From assembly GCA_018398765.1 (NCBI GenBank), contig JAHBMJ010000046.1, positions 1 through 64,000 of the forward strand: a stretch of 64,000 nucleotides of DNA, in the 5' to 3' direction. The stretch's first letter is position 1. Each line of letters starts with the position of its first letter. Source of the stretch: Chromera velia. Taxonomy: Eukaryota. The notes under the pieces were generated by a model, which saw nothing but the letters and a program-made list of their open reading frames with translations, was not told the DNA's origin and searched no databases. Positions 63,587 through 64,000 of this stretch are shown here, in pieces. Made by a program: the position numbers and the translations under genes.

Positions 63587-64000
63587 GAACGAGATGCGCG
63601 CAGTTGTTTCTTCTGTCTCTCACCTGAGGGACCCGCAATACATCGGGTGAAAGGAATGCCACGTCCGTATTTTTCAACTCACTCAAAACAGACAAACGGA
63701 ATCTGAGACACAGACAGACAGAGAGACGGACAAACAGACAATAGAGAAGGGAGGATGGGCAGAAAGGCTGTTGGATTGACGGATCGACGGACGGACGGAC
63801 ATGCAAACCGGCAGGCAGGCAGACAGACCTATCAAAAGGGTATGGAAGCTTTGCGATAAAGAGGACGACGTTGAACTGCAACTTCTCCCGTATGCCCAGC
63901 CTTGAGGCCTCATCAATCTCCAGAGAAAAGGGGTCCAGAAAATCACCCCCCCTCCTCTTCCCTGTGACCTGATTGACCAGCCAGTCATAGTCATCCCTCT

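Overview
Intron-rich eukaryotic nuclear DNA, not prokaryotic. It is most likely a photosynthetic alveolate of the chromerid (Chromera-like) type; this is inferred from a bipartite plastid-targeting leader, a large RNI-like LRR gene, microsatellite-filled introns and TGCATGCA motifs. GC-rich genes alternate with 0.5-1.7 kb AT-rich islands of decayed repeats. Recognisable genes: cytosolic RPL10A/uL1 (5 exons), plastid-targeted uL22, a TBC1D13-like RabGAP, a 13-exon PhzE-type fused chorismate aminase/GATase, an LRR protein with one frameshift, a DUF3825 + tandem CCCH + RD/RE protein head-to-head with an NYN (PIN-like) domain gene carrying an in-frame TAG, secreted hypothetical proteins, and a histidine kinase relic. 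Also present: two non-autonomous TIR elements, three 35-40 bp minisatellites and a dispersed ~40 bp repeat. Best leads: (1) the divergent NYN / DUF3825-CCCH pair as a possible RNA-processing module, (2) the bacterial PhzE-type enzyme in a eukaryote, (3) directional C>T/G>A decay of repeats (RIP-like), and (4) dominance of GTC 5' splice donors. All family calls come from motif recognition by eye; no searches were run.
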